Assembly: GCA_001797365.1 (NCBI GenBank)
Contig: MGPH01000011.1
Span: forward strand, 20,402-84,401
Length of the DNA: 64,000 nt
DNA from: Deltaproteobacteria bacterium GWA2_45_12
GTDB taxonomy: Bacteria; UBA10199
Direction of reading: 5' to 3'
Positions 61,633 through 64,000 of this stretch are shown here, in pieces. The translations under genes were made by a program, and so were the position numbers. The notes under the pieces were generated by a model. It did not search any database and had not been told where the DNA came from. It worked only from the letters and a program-made list of their open reading frames with translations. Within the stretch, counting starts at the first letter, position 1; each line of letters opens with the position of its first letter.

Positions 61633-63228
61633 TCAAACAACCGGTCCCGCTTTACGGATTTCTTCTGCCACTCCATCAGCGTATTGCTTGAAATTATCGT
61701 GGAACAACTGGGCCAAATGCTTGGCTTTGGCATCATAGGCCGCTTTGTCAGCCCATGTGTTTTTTGGATTTAAAATAGTGGGAGAAGAAATGCCCGGACA
61801 TTGGCTAGGCACTTCCAACCCGAAGAAGGGATCTTTCTGGAAGGAAACTTCCATAAGCTGCCCACTTAAGGCTGCCTTAATGATGGCGCGGGAATCGGCG
61901 ATGGACACGCGTTTGCCGACGCCATAAGGGCCGCCGCTCCAACCTGTATTGACCAACCAGCAATTGACTTTGTGCTTGGCAATTTTTTCACCCAATAATT
62001 TTGCATAGACTCCCGGATGAAGCGCCATGAAAGGGCCTCCAAAACAGGGGCTAAAGGTGGCCTGGGGTTCTTTAATGCCGCGTTCTGTCCCGGCCACTTT
62101 GGCCGTGTATCCTGAAAGAAAATGATACATGGCTTGCGCTGAAGTCAGGCGAGCTACAGGGGGAAGTACGCCAAAGGCATCACAGGTGAGCATGATCACA
62201 TTTTTAGGGTGCCCGCCGGTTCCACTTTCAACCGTGTTCGGAATGAAACCGATGGGATAAGAAGCCCGTGTATTTTCAGTGAGGGCCTCACTATCAAGAT
62301 CAATCTTGCGTGTGGCTTGGTCAAAGACAACGTTTTCGAGCACGGTGCCAAAACGCTGCGTGGTCGCATAAATTTCGGGTTCAGCGGATTTTGATAATTT
62401 GATCACCTTGGCATAACAACCGCCTTCAAAATTAAACACCCCATTGTCGCTCCATCCATGCTCGTCATCTCCGATCAGATTACGTTCGGGGTCGGCTGAC
62501 AAGGTTGTTTTCCCTGTGCCGGACAAACCAAAGAACACGGCGGCATCGCCACGAGGGCCAATATTGGCCGAGCAATGCATGGACATCACCCCTTTTTGGG
62601 GAAGCAAATAATTCAAAAGAGTGAAAATGGATTTTTTGGTTTCACCCGCATAATTGGTTCCCCCAATCAAAATGATTTTTTTGCCAAAATTGGGAAGGAT
62701 AAAAGCCTCGGAATTGGTGCCATCAACGGCTGGATCGGCCTTAAAATTGGGAACATTGATGAGAATATATTCCGGCTTGTGATTTTTGAGTTGGTCTTTG
62801 TCTTTTATAGGCACAAACATGTTTTGTGCAAAAAGACTGTGCCAGGCAAATTCAGTGATGACACGGATGGGCACACGAAACTGGGGGTCACAACCGGCAT
62901 AGCAGTCTTGAACAAAAACATCTTTCCCCTGCAGATACTGTAAAACCTTGGCATAAAGGGCATCAAATTGGGCAGGCTCGATGGATTTATTGACCTTCCC
63001 CCACCACACTTTGGAGGAGGGTTCTTTAACGATGAATTTGTCGTTGGGGGAACGTCCGGTGTATTTTCCGGTATGAACAATGAAAGGGCCATCAGCAGCA
63101 ATAAAGCCTTCGTTACGGCACACAGCTTCTTCATAAAGCCTGGGGGCGCTTAAATCCCAGTAAATCTTCCGGGTCCCTTTGATCCCATTATCTTCAAGAG
63201 AGAACTTTTTAGCTTGGTCTGTAGACAT
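61633..63228 (-). CDS. pckA: phosphoenolpyruvate carboxykinase (ATP)
   Basis: 531 aa. GLSGTGKTTLS kinase-1a motif and overall PckA collinearity. Confidence 0.9.
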   Translation of the reverse strand: MSTDQAKKFSLEDNGIKGTRKIYWDLSAPRLYEEAVCRNEGFIAADGPFIVHTGKYTGRSPNDKFIVKEPSSKVWWGKVNKSIEPAQFDALYAKVLQYLQGKDVFVQDCYAGCDPQFRVPIRVITEFAWHSLFAQNMFVPIKDKDQLKNHKPEYILINVPNFKADPAVDGTNSEAFILPNFGKKIILIGGTNYAGETKKSIFTLLNYLLPQKGVMSMHCSANIGPRGDAAVFFGLSGTGKTTLSADPERNLIGDDEHGWSDNGVFNFEGGCYAKVIKLSKSAEPEIYATTQRFGTVLENVVFDQATRKIDLDSEALTENTRASYPIGFIPNTVESGTGGHPKNVIMLTCDAFGVLPPVARLTSAQAMYHFLSGYTAKVAGTERGIKEPQATFSPCFGGPFMALHPGVYAKLLGEKIAKHKVNCWLVNTGWSGGPYGVGKRVSIADSRAIIKAALSGQLMEVSFQKDPFFGLEVPSQCPGISSPTILNPKNTWADKAAYDAKAKHLAQLFHDNFKQYADGVAEEIRKAGPVV

Positions 63229-63579
63229 GATGAAAACTCCTTATGAAATAATTTGAATTTAAAATAACCAACCCCTTTTACATTTAAAAGGGGCCCTTTT
63301 AAAATCAGCTAGCATGGCCAAAATCGCTTGAAAAGTGGTTTTTTAGACCTTTTCCAACTCGTTTCTTTACATGCTCCCATTAAAATTACTGGAAAATTAA
63401 AGATGGGTTCTATAAACAATGGGACTGATAGTTACAGGGAATAATTTTCATACCAAAAACTTAATAAGCGCCCGCGACTAAGCCCGGGTACCTGGTACTC
63501 CAGGTGGGCGATGAAGTGGTTCCAAGCCGAGAGGCGCAAACCATAGCGATAGCGGAGGGCAACCAAAAAAATTTAATAG

Positions 63580-63656
63580 GCGCCCGTAGCTCATTTGGAT
63601 AGAGCATCGCCCTTCTAAGGCGAGGGTAGCAGGTTCGAGTCCTGCCGGGCGCACCA
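63580..63656 (+). tRNA. tRNA-Arg (anticodon TCT), CCA encoded
   Basis: Manual cloverleaf: acceptor GCGCCCG/CGGGCGC, D-arm GCTC..GAGC, anticodon stem TCGCC/GGCGA with loop CTTCTAA (TCT), T-arm GCAGG-TTCGAGT-CCTGC, then discriminator A plus CCA. Confidence 0.8.
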
Positions 63657-64000
63657 ATTGGACGAAGAGGCCATTTCGGAGAGAATCCGGAATGGCTTTT
63701 TCATTTCATATCGCACACTTGGTGCGTCAAAAACTCGGTTCGAAAGTATCTTTTCTAGGAAGTCTCGCTTCTCCTCTGCAGTACGAGACATCCATAATGT
63801 TTTCGCGCTTGTAGCCAGTTCTAAAACTTTTTTCGCAGTAGTGAGATAAGCGCCATCAATGTCCCTTTGTGCTTGTGCCATGAGGAGAGTAAACCGTTCT
63901 CTCTCTTCCCGAATGCGTTGAATCTGGCGCTTGTAACCTTCCACATCAAGTAATTCATTGCGATGGTCGTCGTAAATTCGGTCTTCTGCATTTTCGAGAG
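63615..64000 (-). CDS. C-terminal part of a putative large serine recombinase (gene continues beyond window)
   Basis: In-frame read from the window edge. The coiled-coil region and W..RTAEEKRDFLEKILSNRVF-DAPSVRYEMKKPF resemble the conserved C-terminal tail of large serine recombinases. The last 14 codons overlap the 3' end of tRNA-Arg. Confidence 0.4.
   Translation of the reverse strand, partial: LENAEDRIYDDHRNELLDVEGYKRQIQRIREERERFTLLMAQAQRDIDGAYLTTAKKVLELATSAKTLWMSRTAEEKRDFLEKILSNRVFDAPSVRYEMKKPFRILSEMASSSNWCARQDSNLLPSP

Noticed and set aside
63461-63572. Second tRNA or small structured RNA just upstream of tRNA-Arg (GCGCCCGCGACTAAGCCCGGGTACC...)
   Set aside because: I could not fold it into a cloverleaf or match any RNA family I know. 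Only the 14-nt 5' duplication is retained as an observation.

Overview
This is a 64 kb chromosomal segment of a Gram-negative-type bacterium (MlaDEF, RseP, lipoproteins; organism not identifiable from sequence alone). About three-quarters is core housekeeping, mostly on the minus strand.

Core genes: ispD-trpG-trpE, korAB (2-oxoglutarate:ferredoxin oxidoreductase), tyrS, the zapA-6S RNA-ygfA synteny, scpAB, trpS, truA, asd, leuAB, pssA-psd, ilvH, tsaB, the conserved rpsB-tsf-pyrH-frr-uppS-cdsA-dxr-rseP operon, holA, leuS, prkA-yeaH-spoVR, mlaFED, maf, pckA, and a tRNA-Arg(TCT).

Three non-core regions stand out:
1. An accessory cluster of five genes at 16.0-25.0 kb with a canonical sigma-54 promoter (TGGCAC-N5-TTGCT) 66 nt upstream of its first gene: two paralogous large acidic hypothetical proteins (701 and 757 aa, no recognisable domains), followed by three tandem paralogous lipoproteins made of repeated Ig-like (ASH / choice-of-anchor-D / DUF1573-type) modules. 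This is my best candidate for an undescribed system.
2. A second accessory patch at 55.5-61.6 kb: an ORF6N remnant, a TIGR02147-like putative regulator, a thrombospondin-type-3 lipoprotein, and a 1050-aa secreted HExxH/PKD protein.
3. A large-serine-recombinase C-terminus overlapping the 3' end of tRNA-Arg at the window edge. This suggests an integrated element lying just outside the window.

The whole window is unusually dense in REP-type palindromic repeats with GTAG...CTAC ends. There are at least five families, including a ~98-bp composite element. Several sit inside coding sequences in frame (truA, ispD, the trpE C-terminus, small proteins), and they create many artefactual N-terminal ORF extensions.

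Other notable items are a DUF4160/DUF2442-HTH toxin-antitoxin-like pair with an inverted-repeat operator, and a 5x GTTATGA heptamer tandem repeat spanning the maf stop and the next gene's start.
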